Origin: Microgenomates group bacterium Gr01-1014_5
GTDB taxonomy: Bacteria > Patescibacteriota > Microgenomatia > UBA8517 > UBA10165
Length of the DNA: 64,000 bases
Reading direction: 5' to 3'
Assembly: GCA_007376395.1 (NCBI GenBank)
Contig: VMGE01000001.1
Location: 25,635-89,634, forward strand
This document shows positions 37,581-46,407 of the stretch, one piece after another (position 1 is the stretch's first letter; each line of letters opens with the position of its first letter). Both the position numbers and the translations under genes were made by a program. The notes beneath the pieces were generated by a model. The model was not told the origin of the DNA. It searched no databases and saw only the letters and a program-made list of their open reading frames with translations.

Positions 37581-38747
37581 TTATATCATTTTGTGCTTAG
37601 CGATCAATTGGCTAGCCTCAGCTCTTCCCCAAGAGTCTGCGTCTAAAATATCTTCCAGATCAGGGTTATTGATAGTTTTATGTTTTTCTAAGACTTTTTC
37701 TAATACAGGCCAAATGTTGTGAAAAGATAGACTTCCAGCTAAAAACGAGGAAACGCAAATATCATTGGCCGCGCTTAATACCGCCGGAAAAGTGCCTCCA
37801 GACCTTCCTGCTTGGTAGGCAAGATCAAGACAGCGGAAAGTTTTAATATCCGGATGGTCAAATGTCATATTTGGATAATCGTCAAAATGAAATCTTTTAA
37901 ACTTATTAGTAGAGCTTTTTTTAGGGTAGAAAAGTGCATATTGAATCGGTAATCTCATGTCAGATGGACCAATTTGCGCAATTATCGTTCCGTCAGTAAA
38001 TTCAACCGCAGAATGTACAACGCTTTGCGGATGAACAATCACCTTTATTTTGTCGTACGGCACACCAAACAACCAATGTGCTTCGATTACTTCAAACCCT
38101 TTGTTCATTAAAGTTGCGCTGTCTATCGTAATTTTTCTTCCCATCTTCCAACTGGGATGGTTTAGCGCTTGCTCAACTGTAACTTTTTTCAAATCTTCAT
38201 TTTTAAATCCGCGGAACGGTCCGCCAGAACAGGTTAAAAAGATTCTGCTAATTTCTTCAGGCTTTCTTCCTTGGAGGCATTGAAAAATAGCGGAATGCTC
38301 AGAATCTATTGGGAGAATTTGAACACTCTGCTTTTTCGCCTCTTGAGTAATCACCACACCCGCCGCGACTAATACTTCTTTAGTTGCTAGAGCAATTGTT
38401 TTCTTTTTCCTGATCGCGGCAAGTGTAGGCTTAATGCCGGGAAGTCCGGGAGTGGCAATGACTATTCGTTCTGTCTTTGGTAAAGTGGCTACTGCAATAT
38501 TTCCCTCTTCGCCCCACATAACTTCAACTTTGTTTTTTAGACGTTTAGTTAAAATTAGAGCGTTATCTTCTGTTTTTACTGAAATTAAATCAGGTAAATA
38601 GGTAAGTGCCTGTTTTTCTAGTAAAGGAAGATTGCTTCCGGCAGAAAGCCCTCGCGTTTTAAGTACAGTTTTGTGAGCACGGAGTACGTCTAGAGTTTGG
38701 GTGCCTATAGAGCCTGTAGATCCAAGAACTGAAATGTTTGTTAGCAA
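37581..38747 (-). CDS. dxr: 1-deoxy-D-xylulose-5-phosphate reductoisomerase
   Basis: LGSTGSIGTQ, PIDSEHSA, HPSWKMG.KITIDSATLMNKGFE; TTG at 38747 after AGAGGT. Confidence 0.95.
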   Translation of the reverse strand: MLTNISVLGSTGSIGTQTLDVLRAHKTVLKTRGLSAGSNLPLLEKQALTYLPDLISVKTEDNALILTKRLKNKVEVMWGEEGNIAVATLPKTERIVIATPGLPGIKPTLAAIRKKKTIALATKEVLVAAGVVITQEAKKQSVQILPIDSEHSAIFQCLQGRKPEEISRIFLTCSGGPFRGFKNEDLKKVTVEQALNHPSWKMGRKITIDSATLMNKGFEVIEAHWLFGVPYDKIKVIVHPQSVVHSAVEFTDGTIIAQIGPSDMRLPIQYALFYPKKSSTNKFKRFHFDDYPNMTFDHPDIKTFRCLDLAYQAGRSGGTFPAVLSAANDICVSSFLAGSLSFHNIWPVLEKVLEKHKTINNPDLEDILDADSWGRAEASQLIAKHKMI

Positions 38748-38768
38748 ATTACCTCTTTTGGCAAAAAG

Positions 38769-38841
38769 TGCCAAGCTCCGGAATCGAACCGAAATCTGAC
38801 CCTCTTCAGGGGCCCGCCGTGACCAACTTGGCTAGCTTGGC
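38769..38841 (-). tRNA. tRNA-Phe(GAA)
   Basis: Cloverleaf; GGCCC-CTGAAGA-GGGTC. Confidence 0.88.
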
Positions 38842-38874
38842 TTACGAATATATTCTATCATGTTCTGAGGCTGA

Positions 38875-38899
38875 CTGACAACCCAAGCTGTGGTATAAT
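38875..38899 (+). promoter_or_regulatory. promoter of the tRNA cluster
   Basis: Extended -10 TGGTATAAT at 38891-38899. Confidence 0.55.
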
Positions 38900-38912
38900 T
38901 CACAAGCCGATT

Positions 38913-39121
38913 GCCCTGGTGTTGGAATTGGCAGAACCCGTATACGACGGGTCAAGCAATCACGCTTGAGTCAAGATGGCGGAACTGGCAGACGCGTACG
39001 GTTCAGAACCGTATGGGGCAACCCTTGAGGGTTCAACTCCCTCTCTTGACACTGGAGTGAGAGCCTGCCCCGTAACGAACGAAGAGAGATTTACGGGGTT
39101 CAAGTCTCTCCCAGGGCACCA
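38913..39121 (+). pseudogene. interrupted outer tRNA-Leu(GAG-like) shell
   Basis: Acceptor GCCCTGG/CCAGGGC-ACCA; D-arm and T-arm each carry a palindromic insert; contains a whole tRNA. Confidence 0.75.
38970..39051 (+). tRNA. tRNA-Leu(CAG), nested
   Basis: GTCAAGA/TCTTGAC acceptor; TACGG-TTCAGAA-CCGTA; long variable arm. Confidence 0.92.
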
Positions 39122-39131
39122 GTAGTACCTT

Positions 39132-39216
39132 GCCGGGGTGGTGGAATGGTAGACACGATGGCCTTAAGAGCCCTTGGAACAACAGTTCCGTGCAGGTTCG
39201 AGTCCTGTCCTCGGCA
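39132..39216 (+). tRNA. tRNA-Leu(TAA)
   Basis: Cloverleaf with variable arm; CTTAAGA loop; one anticodon-stem mismatch. Confidence 0.88.
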
Positions 39217-39248
39217 CAAACAGTGGTTGGTTATAGTACTCTTAATTA

Positions 39249-39322
39249 GGGCACTTGGCTCAGTTGGTTAGAGCGTCTCGTTTACATCGAGAAGGTCAGG
39301 GGTTCGAATCCCTTAGTGCCCA
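39249..39322 (+). tRNA. tRNA-Val(TAC)
   Basis: TCTCG-TTTACAT-CGAGA. Confidence 0.95.
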
Positions 39323-39324
39323 CA

Positions 39325-39400
39325 AGTGGGATGGCCGAAAGGTCAAACAGGTGCAAGACCATTATGTATTCGCAAATGTCGAGCCCTGTACCGCCCACCA
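39325..39400 (+). pseudogene. degenerate tRNA-like sequence (possibly Cys-GCA)
   Basis: GTGGG...CCCACCA ends, ATGGCCGAAAGG D-like arm, TGCAA; T-arm broken. Confidence 0.4.
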
Positions 39401-39401
39401 A

Positions 39402-39485
39402 GCCTAGGTGTCGAAATTGGTATACGAGCACGCTTGAGGTGTGTGTGGGAGCAATCCCGTGGAGGTTCGAGTCCTCTCCTAGGCA
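39402..39485 (+). tRNA. tRNA-Leu(GAG)
   Basis: CACGC-TTGAGGT-GTGTG; variable arm. Confidence 0.92.
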
Positions 39486-39530
39486 CCGATAACTGTAATT
39501 AGGTTCAAATTTTGGTATACTATAATATCC

Positions 39531-39603
39531 CGGGGTATAGCGCAGTTGGTAGCGCGCCTCGTTTGGGACGAGGAGGCCGGAGGTTCGAATCCTCCTACCC
39601 CGA
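39531..39603 (+). tRNA. tRNA-Pro(TGG)
   Basis: CCTCG-TTTGGGA-CGAGG. Confidence 0.95.
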
Positions 39604-39608
39604 CACAA

Positions 39609-39679
39609 GCGGGATTAGTTGAACGGCTCAACATCTGCTTTCCAAGCAGAAAAAACGGGTTCGACTCCCGTATCCCGCT
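39609..39679 (+). tRNA. tRNA-Gly(TCC)
   Basis: TCTGC-TTTCCAA-GCAGA. Confidence 0.88.
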
Positions 39680-39756
39680 CAAAAGTATGACGTTATGTGA
39701 GAGAAAATCTCACACTTAGAAAAAACAGAGTGTTAGCCAATACGCTTCGCGATTCG

Positions 39757-39779
39757 CGACTCCCGTATCCCGCTCCAGA
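39757..39779 (+). repeat. duplicate of the tRNA-Gly(TCC) 3' end (att-like)
   Basis: CGACTCCCGTATCCCGCTCCA; TATCCCGCTCCAGA recurs at 40771-40784. Confidence 0.8.
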
Positions 39780-39787
39780 AGGTGAAG

Positions 39788-40456
39788 TTAGTTTGTCAAA
39801 GCCAATTCTTTTAAATTTTGTGCTTCTTTAAGCCAAAAATCCTGCCATTCTTTCTCTGGTAGTTCAGTCAGTAGAGCGGGATAGTCCTCTAATGCGGTAA
39901 CTTTTAGAAGTTGTTGACCCATTTGAATAGGATCAATAGGAGAATCAAACTTAGCTTTAGCCTTTTTGATTAAATCTTTAAATTCCCAGCCTTTAGTTTT
40001 AATAATTAAATACAGGTCGATAAAATGCCGACTACTTGGCTGTTGGTAAATAGTAAATGTTTTATTGGTTGCGATATCTATTAGACTATCTACTTTAATT
40101 CCATTTATTACCTTTGGTTGTTCAATCTGGGTAAATGGATAGTATGTAAATTCAGTCTTTATGACCCCCTCTTTGTGATGAAGAAAGAATAAATTTCTGT
40201 TAAAGCTTTGTTGAAAATCAATTTTATCTATTCTAGCCTCTTTTTGAAGGGATTTTAAACTTACTTGGATATTCATTGGATCTACTTCTTCCATGCAAAA
40301 GAAATCTAGATCTTCTGATAATCTATGCTGAAGATAATATTCAGCTAAAGCAGTACCACCGGATAAATAAAAGTTATTTACAATATCAGTTTTCTTTGAT
40401 ATAAGATCGAGAAGAAGTTTTTGTGTATCAGTTAAGATTGTTTTGGCCATAATCAA
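39788..40456 (-). CDS. AbiEii-like nucleotidyltransferase toxin
   Basis: FYLSGGTALAEYYLQHRLSEDLDFF. Confidence 0.88.
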   Translation of the reverse strand: MIMAKTILTDTQKLLLDLISKKTDIVNNFYLSGGTALAEYYLQHRLSEDLDFFCMEEVDPMNIQVSLKSLQKEARIDKIDFQQSFNRNLFFLHHKEGVIKTEFTYYPFTQIEQPKVINGIKVDSLIDIATNKTFTIYQQPSSRHFIDLYLIIKTKGWEFKDLIKKAKAKFDSPIDPIQMGQQLLKVTALEDYPALLTELPEKEWQDFWLKEAQNLKELALTN

Positions 40457-40468
40457 AACCTCGATCTG

Positions 40469-40666
40469 TTAATGCTGTCCCAACCACATCTCAAGAAGCT
40501 TTTTTCTTTGAGGGTCAATGGTGAGTTTTAACCAATATTTTTTCAAATCATCAACCTTTAACTTTTCTCCATTAAGACCGAAATTAATACTTTGCTCTAG
40601 TTTCCAAATAGCGTATTTTTCAGGGTTTTTCTTTAATTTTTTAGTGTTTATATTCCAGTTATACAT
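40469..40666 (-). CDS. small putative antitoxin
   Basis: 65 aa, directly upstream of the toxin; WKLEQSINFGL. Confidence 0.7.
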   Translation of the reverse strand: MYNWNINTKKLKKNPEKYAIWKLEQSINFGLNGEKLKVDDLKKYWLKLTIDPQRKKLLEMWLGQH

Positions 40667-40806
40667 GTATACATTATACCAGTTTTTGGCCTATTTTTCT
40701 TTATAAGTTTCCATCAACTTGCCAAAATGAATGAGTATTTGATTGCATAGGGGGCGCTAAATAATTTGCATATCCCGCTCCAGACGGGGCAGTGTCAATG
40801 GGAAAT

Positions 40807-41411
40807 CTATCTTGAGCCGATGGGTTTATTATTCCAACGTACTTTTGTAAACACGAGGTCTTTCCATTCTGCTTCAATCTTGTTTGCCTGTGAATAATCC
40901 GGATTATCTTCCCAATAAGACCATTGTGTTGATTGTCCAGAATTTTCAATCGTACCCATGACAGTAAGCCTACTTTTGTCGGCATATTGTACATAAAGAT
41001 CCATACTGTTTGGTGGAAATGTAAATTCAGTATTCCAAGGATAATTTCTTGGCATCAGTAGTCTTCTTTTTGGGATTTCTAATGTATAACTGCCGGAAGT
41101 GTAATCAATTTGACCGCTATCAAGTCTATTTCCCCAGATTTTCCATATTCCAATCTCAGTCTCTATAACGTTGTCAGGTAGTCGTTCATATTCTTTGCCT
41201 ATGCACGATGAAGCTCCCGCGACCTGACGGTCGGGGTATCTTCTCCCCACGGCTTCGTAGGGAGCGGAATCCCTCCGAAGCGAACAAGACTTCGCTCAGA
41301 GTCGCGAGCTAACGCTCTTGGGTATTTCGCGAAGGGGGATAAAACAATAGCGTTTCCGGCAAGAATCATTAATTCTCTTCTTGAAAAAACTCTTCCCCTC
41401 ATCTCTGACAT
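40807..41411 (-). pseudogene. hypothetical exported protein split into two frames
   Basis: 41199..41411 (SRRELM signal-like) overlaps 40807..41250 in the -1 frame. Confidence 0.4.
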
Positions 41412-41491
41412 ATCCTATAATGATACTATAGAAATGTGGACTAAATCAATTAGCTTATTGAAAAAAGAAATTTTAGATATATAATACTACT

Positions 41492-41635
41492 GTGGCTAAG
41501 CCTGAAATTCCAGTAACAAGTCCAATTAGAAGAGACATACCGGATATTCCTAATCCATTTATTAAACCCATAACTGTTCCGGTTCCTGCTGAACCCATAA
41601 GGGTCCCCGTGCCAGCTGTCCCCGTTACACGCTAA
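41492..41635 (+). CDS. 47-aa proline-rich peptide (not in ORF track)
   Basis: MAKPEIPVTSPIRRDIPDIPNPFIKPITVPVPAEPIRVPVPAVPVTR; TTGAAA-16-TATAAT promoter 6 nt upstream. Confidence 0.65.
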   Translation: MAKPEIPVTSPIRRDIPDIPNPFIKPITVPVPAEPIRVPVPAVPVTR

Positions 41636-41642
41636 TTATTTC

Positions 41643-43109
41643 ATGAGTAGTCCTGAAAGCTTACATCAAGATATCAGCCATAGATCTGAATTGTCGCACC
41701 AAAGAAGAAACCTTTATTTCATTATGCGCAATAATGGTTGGATTATAACTAAAAAAGGAAGATTGTTTTTTGATAATGGTGAAATTAACAGTTTAAATGC
41801 AGAATTTGCAAGTGATCGAGTCTCTTTTTTTGGACCTGGCCAAAGAGATAATTATCTGCTTACTGCGGCTGCAGTAGTAAAAAATCGTCTTTTTACTGCA
41901 CTCTCCCAACCCACTGTTGTTGAAGTCATGGAAAAATTCCGTAGCGTCGATGAAGATTTAGCTGCAAAAATCGCATTTATTTTAGGTGGGTTGGTTCGAT
42001 ATAACTATGAAAAAACCCTCGATATCTTGTCTGAAGGTCGAGTAAAATATGTGGCTGAAATGGCTAAGTTAGGTCAACGGCATAGTGGACTTAACATTAC
42101 TATTGGTGTGGCCATGTATATACTATCGGGCGGGGAAATCGTCGAAAATAAGCGATTTAAGAGTGATGTCGCAAATATGGCAGAAGCTATCGATCAAGAC
42201 CCAACAAAGATCGCGACTACGGCTGATTTAGGATTATCACAAACATTAAGATTAAAAGGTTTTATTGATAGACTCACAAATCAACCTATGTTAAACCTTC
42301 CCGACGTTCAACCTTTATTAAAGTATTTTACAGGCTTCCCTACCGTTGGCGCAGAGTTTCATTTTTCGCCTGATGACCCAAACTTAAACCACACCTTTTG
42401 GCAAAGACTTGCTCTTTTAAACATGTCTCAGTACCAAGAAGGTTCTTATATTCAAATGTCTAGAAATGATCGGGGTGTAATTGAAGTCAGAATGAACCCC
42501 TCTGTCTATCCTGTTACTATTGCCAACTGGAGACGAATGATGTTTTTACTTCCAGAGCTTAAAAGAGCCTTTTTTACCGTTACTTTTAATCGTAATGAAA
42601 AGAATGGCGATTTTTGCTGGAATAACGAAGAAGACAAAAATTTACTTACTAAACTACAATCTATCGGACTACTTTGTTATTCCAGTTTGTTTGAGGAAGC
42701 CCCGCAAAGAGGTAAAAATGAAGAAATACCTTTCGGCACAGTTTATCTCGGACAAACTGTCAGAGCAGTGGGTAGAGATTTTATATATACAGGTAAGTGG
42801 ATTAGAAATAATAATAATAATAGTAATGAAAATGGAGATCACGGACAATTTGCAATTTATGCAGGATACGGCGACTCCTTTCCATATATGGCTTATTATC
42901 CATCTATGGCGTTAGCCAATCCTGATATTCTCAGTGATTTCGGTAAAAATTTTTGGGAAGAAACTCAAACTCTAAGCCAGGTATTAGCATTTTCACCAGA
43001 ATACAGAAAAGATGTCTTTGCAGCAATCGAAAATAATATTGATAAAATTAGTCAATTGATATGGGCACGTCGAGCCGGTCTCGAGATAATTGATTTATTG
43101 AGTAAATGA
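41643..43109 (+). CDS. hypothetical protein, possible carboxylate-amine ligase-like fold
   Basis: PTVGAEFHF and IEVRMNP motifs. Confidence 0.5.
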   Translation: MSSPESLHQDISHRSELSHQRRNLYFIMRNNGWIITKKGRLFFDNGEINSLNAEFASDRVSFFGPGQRDNYLLTAAAVVKNRLFTALSQPTVVEVMEKFRSVDEDLAAKIAFILGGLVRYNYEKTLDILSEGRVKYVAEMAKLGQRHSGLNITIGVAMYILSGGEIVENKRFKSDVANMAEAIDQDPTKIATTADLGLSQTLRLKGFIDRLTNQPMLNLPDVQPLLKYFTGFPTVGAEFHFSPDDPNLNHTFWQRLALLNMSQYQEGSYIQMSRNDRGVIEVRMNPSVYPVTIANWRRMMFLLPELKRAFFTVTFNRNEKNGDFCWNNEEDKNLLTKLQSIGLLCYSSLFEEAPQRGKNEEIPFGTVYLGQTVRAVGRDFIYTGKWIRNNNNNSNENGDHGQFAIYAGYGDSFPYMAYYPSMALANPDILSDFGKNFWEETQTLSQVLAFSPEYRKDVFAAIENNIDKISQLIWARRAGLEIIDLLSK

Positions 43110-43857
43110 TGGCGGTGCTATTTGATAAGACACGAGCATCTTTTTCTTCTAGAATCTTTTTTATCTCTAGATATTTGCAAACACGTTGTTCACCAAAAAC
43201 TTCCGCTGAGTAACTAAAATGCACCACTTTTAACACGTCTTGTTCATCGTTGTCTGATCTTCTTTTCTCATTTACCACTACGCGGATATAGGCTGCTCCA
43301 TGTAAAATTTCATTCGAGTCTGTCGTTCTTCGACCTCCACGCGTTGAAAAGCGTTGTGTTTTTTCTTCGAGGTTCCGATATCCTTCGGGAGCACTTTTTA
43401 TTTGTGGGTTTCTTACGTTGGCACGCGTTACTTGTAACGCGCCGTCACCATTGAAATCTGCTTTTACATCTCGTGAGACTAAGCTTTCTTGAATATGGAT
43501 AATCCAAAGGAGTGACCATGGTATTTGATATTTTTCCCAACCTGCCCAGTACATGTCAAAGTATATATCTAAATCTTCTTGTATTTCTTTTCCGGAAAGA
43601 TTATGGAACGCATCTTCTGCAAAAAGCGGCACGAGTTGATCAATCTTCCCCCTCACCTTTTCCCGTTCTTTGAGGTTCCCTTCAGGATCTAAGACAAAAC
43701 GGGACAATTCTTCTTCTGTTGTATGTAAAAACATATCAGGAGGTTGATAGGGGTCAATCTCCAACTGTATGTTTGGTAATTTTGTAAATCCAACGGCCAT
43801 TGCCTGCAGGAGATTTCTTCGTGATAATGATAAACTTAATACTTCTTTGTTCCACAT
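43048..43857 (-). CDS. exported lytic-transglycosylase-like protein
   Basis: SRRNLL signal-like; KYQIPWSLLWIIHIQES, GALQV. Confidence 0.6.
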   Translation of the reverse strand: MWNKEVLSLSLSRRNLLQAMAVGFTKLPNIQLEIDPYQPPDMFLHTTEEELSRFVLDPEGNLKEREKVRGKIDQLVPLFAEDAFHNLSGKEIQEDLDIYFDMYWAGWEKYQIPWSLLWIIHIQESLVSRDVKADFNGDGALQVTRANVRNPQIKSAPEGYRNLEEKTQRFSTRGGRRTTDSNEILHGAAYIRVVVNEKRRSDNDEQDVLKVVHFSYSAEVFGEQRVCKYLEIKKILEEKDARVLSNSTAIIYSINQLSRDRLDVPISID

Positions 43858-44007
43858 AAAATAATGCCTTGTATCGCAAGTTATATAGGAGTATCTAAAA
43901 AGAAGACTCAGTAAAAACTTACTCTGTAGCCGTTTTTTCGCTTTGTATCTATATTATATAAAATTCCGGAACCTATTACAATACGCTCCATCGTCTTTAA
44001 ATGCTTC

Positions 44008-45573
44008 TTAAGGCAAAAGTCCTAATTTGGTAAGGCGCGATCTGATGGCTCCGCTTTTTCTACCAAAAGTTTTTGCAAGACCGGTAACTGATGATCCTTT
44101 TGCAAAGAATTTCCGTAACTTTTCATCCTGCGTTTTGTCCCACGGCAGGTAGGCATTCGGGGGTTCTTCTCTGATTTTATCAAAGCCCGTTCCGCCACTG
44201 CTTTTTCCTGGATTGATTTTTCCTCCACACTCACGAATAAACCGATCATGTACAGCTTTTGTATTACTCTCTGCCATACTGCCGAACTCTAGCGCCGCCT
44301 GTCCTGACTGCGTGTGAAACTCTACGTCTTTCGCTACTATTTCCGGGTGCACCTGAAACGCACGTTCGTTCCAACCCAACATATATAATCCTGAAAACCG
44401 CCTCACACGAGAGAGAGCAACATAACCCTGGCCAAATTCAAATACATGAGAGAGATCCATTACCGCAGAATCTAAATTCATCCCCTGACTCTTATGCACG
44501 GTGATTGCCCAAGCGAGTCGTAGTGGTAACTGCGAAATCAGTGCACGGACTTTGCCATTTTCTTCTAACGTCCATTCCATAGGCTTAACTTCAATCAGAC
44601 GCACGTTTCTTATTTTTATAATCGGGTAGGAATTTGTTTTATTAAATCCTTCAACTACCCCAAGCGTACCATTTACAAATCCTTCTTTCGGATTATTCTT
44701 CGTGAACATCACTGCGGCGCCGATTTTAAGATAAAGCGCTTCTGGAGAGAGGCAACCTTTTTTAAGCATAGCCACAAGAGCGTCGGGTCCTTGTGAAGAC
44801 ATAGTAAACACCTTTGATTCACCCGGAAGTTTAGCTAATACTGCATCATTGATGCGATCAACATTAGTATTATGCGAAAAGAGTTTCGGAACGGTATCTG
44901 GGACGGCATCGTATTCAATTTTTCTGGTTTTAATATGATTCAAATGATTCGCGTTAAAGGTGCCTTGCCGTATCGCCGAGAGCACAGCAAGAAGATCGTT
45001 ATCGTCCTGCCGGTGCTGTTCGGTTAGATAACAAACAATTGGATTTGCCTCTGTCCACGCAGGTGAATCAAAAGCAAAACGAGCCAACGGTGTTTCAATA
45101 AGTGCCGTTTGTGCGTTTTCCTCTGTTTCTCTTTTTACAACCGGAGGCAGTTGGAAAAAATCTCCTGCGAAGATTACTTGCATACCGCCAAACGACTCTG
45201 AATTCTGTTTTATTTTGCGACAAACTGTGTCAACCATAAACAGTGTGTCGCTAGTAAGCATGGACACTTCTTCTATAATAAGGACTTTAGCGTCAAGTAC
45301 GCGTTTGGTAACGTATTTGTTAGAAACAATCCTATTCAAATCACGTTTATCCAGTTTGGTTTTAATCCCTATGCCGCTCCATGAATGAATTGTCATCCCT
45401 CCGATGTGAGTTGCTGCAATGCCTGTCGAAGCCGTGATAGCAGGTTCAATGCCCCGACTCCTCAAGTAGGTCACGTACTGGTTAATCGTATGTGTTTTAC
45501 CAGACCCAGGTTCACCGGTTAAAAAAACATTGGCGCCGGTCTTTAATGTGGATAGTGCTTGAGATTGAATCAT
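44008..45573 (-). CDS. PIF1-family DNA helicase
   Basis: GEPGSGKT, IHSWSGIG, GDFFQLPPV, WAITVHKSQG, YVALSR. Confidence 0.92.
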   Translation of the reverse strand: MIQSQALSTLKTGANVFLTGEPGSGKTHTINQYVTYLRSRGIEPAITASTGIAATHIGGMTIHSWSGIGIKTKLDKRDLNRIVSNKYVTKRVLDAKVLIIEEVSMLTSDTLFMVDTVCRKIKQNSESFGGMQVIFAGDFFQLPPVVKRETEENAQTALIETPLARFAFDSPAWTEANPIVCYLTEQHRQDDNDLLAVLSAIRQGTFNANHLNHIKTRKIEYDAVPDTVPKLFSHNTNVDRINDAVLAKLPGESKVFTMSSQGPDALVAMLKKGCLSPEALYLKIGAAVMFTKNNPKEGFVNGTLGVVEGFNKTNSYPIIKIRNVRLIEVKPMEWTLEENGKVRALISQLPLRLAWAITVHKSQGMNLDSAVMDLSHVFEFGQGYVALSRVRRFSGLYMLGWNERAFQVHPEIVAKDVEFHTQSGQAALEFGSMAESNTKAVHDRFIRECGGKINPGKSSGGTGFDKIREEPPNAYLPWDKTQDEKLRKFFAKGSSVTGLAKTFGRKSGAIRSRLTKLGLLP

Positions 45574-45656
45574 GTTTACTTTGCAAACTTGCTCTGAGCT
45601 ATTTTACACCAAACGCTAATTTGCAACCTTTAAAGCTTTGTATTAAAATTCTCGAT

Positions 45657-46040
45657 ATGACTGAGATTAAAACAGATGTTATGTCTGACAGGGAGAAATT
45701 TGATCAGGGTATGAGAGGTGTGTTCCGAACCACTTTGATAGACGGACAACTGGTAGAAAGATTAAGCAGAGCTTGCGCCTCTGTTGGGTCAAAATTTGAG
45801 ATTATATTAAAACCTGGAGATAATTGTTTCGGAACAGACGGAAAATGTTTATACAACAAAGGCGTAACTGGTAGATTTGATATCGAAGATTATAGAAAGA
45901 GAAAAGTAATCACTGAACTTAAAGGCCCAAAAGTTGCGCAAATGGGAATTGACGTGTATTGGGTAAGATATCAGATAGGCGAAACCGGTTACTTTGCTTT
46001 CTGTAGTGCATTTGACAAAACCGCATACGAAACAATATAA
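45657..46040 (+). CDS. hypothetical protein
   Basis: ATG at 45657 after TAAAAT. Confidence 0.5.
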   Translation: MTEIKTDVMSDREKFDQGMRGVFRTTLIDGQLVERLSRACASVGSKFEIILKPGDNCFGTDGKCLYNKGVTGRFDIEDYRKRKVITELKGPKVAQMGIDVYWVRYQIGETGYFAFCSAFDKTAYETI

Positions 46041-46068
46041 TCGCCTTTTAGAGAATTTAAATACGCTC

Positions 46069-46407
46069 ATGATTCCAAATAACGAAATAGGCAGACAAGA
46101 CTATGATGAAGCAAGAAGAAAAGCTGTTGCACTTAAAACTTTATGTAGAGAGCTTGGTGCTGGAAATCAAAAACCTTTACAATATACCGATAGAGATGCG
46201 GAAACAGCGCTAAATAATTTACAAAGACTGATAAGAGACGGATTCGTTACAACATATAGAGACGTAGCGTTCGTTGTGAAAAACACCTCTCCTTTCATGG
46301 GCACTGATTATCCAGACGTAGATTTAGCAGCAGCAAGGGTACAGGAGGTAATCAGTCTAAATCAAAGATCCTCGCTTTTTGAACTCAGACCCCCGAGAGC
46401 TGAGTAA
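46069..46407 (+). CDS. hypothetical protein
   Basis: ATG-started part of 45994..46407. Confidence 0.45.
   Translation: MIPNNEIGRQDYDEARRKAVALKTLCRELGAGNQKPLQYTDRDAETALNNLQRLIRDGFVTTYRDVAFVVKNTSPFMGTDYPDVDLAAARVQEVISLNQRSSLFELRPPRAE

Noticed and set aside
38913-39121. Functional intron-containing tRNA
   Set aside because: No group I core or bulge-helix-bulge seen, and the 3' anticodon strand is missing, so splicing would not restore a cloverleaf
39282-39682. ORFs 39282..39608 and 39479..39682
   Set aside because: Antisense shadows of tRNA genes
40807-41411. Programmed frameshift in the split exported protein
   Set aside because: No slippery heptamer seen; a pseudogene or indel is more likely
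42807-42821. (AAT)5 microsatellite
   Set aside because: Short in-frame Asn run, expected in AT-rich DNA
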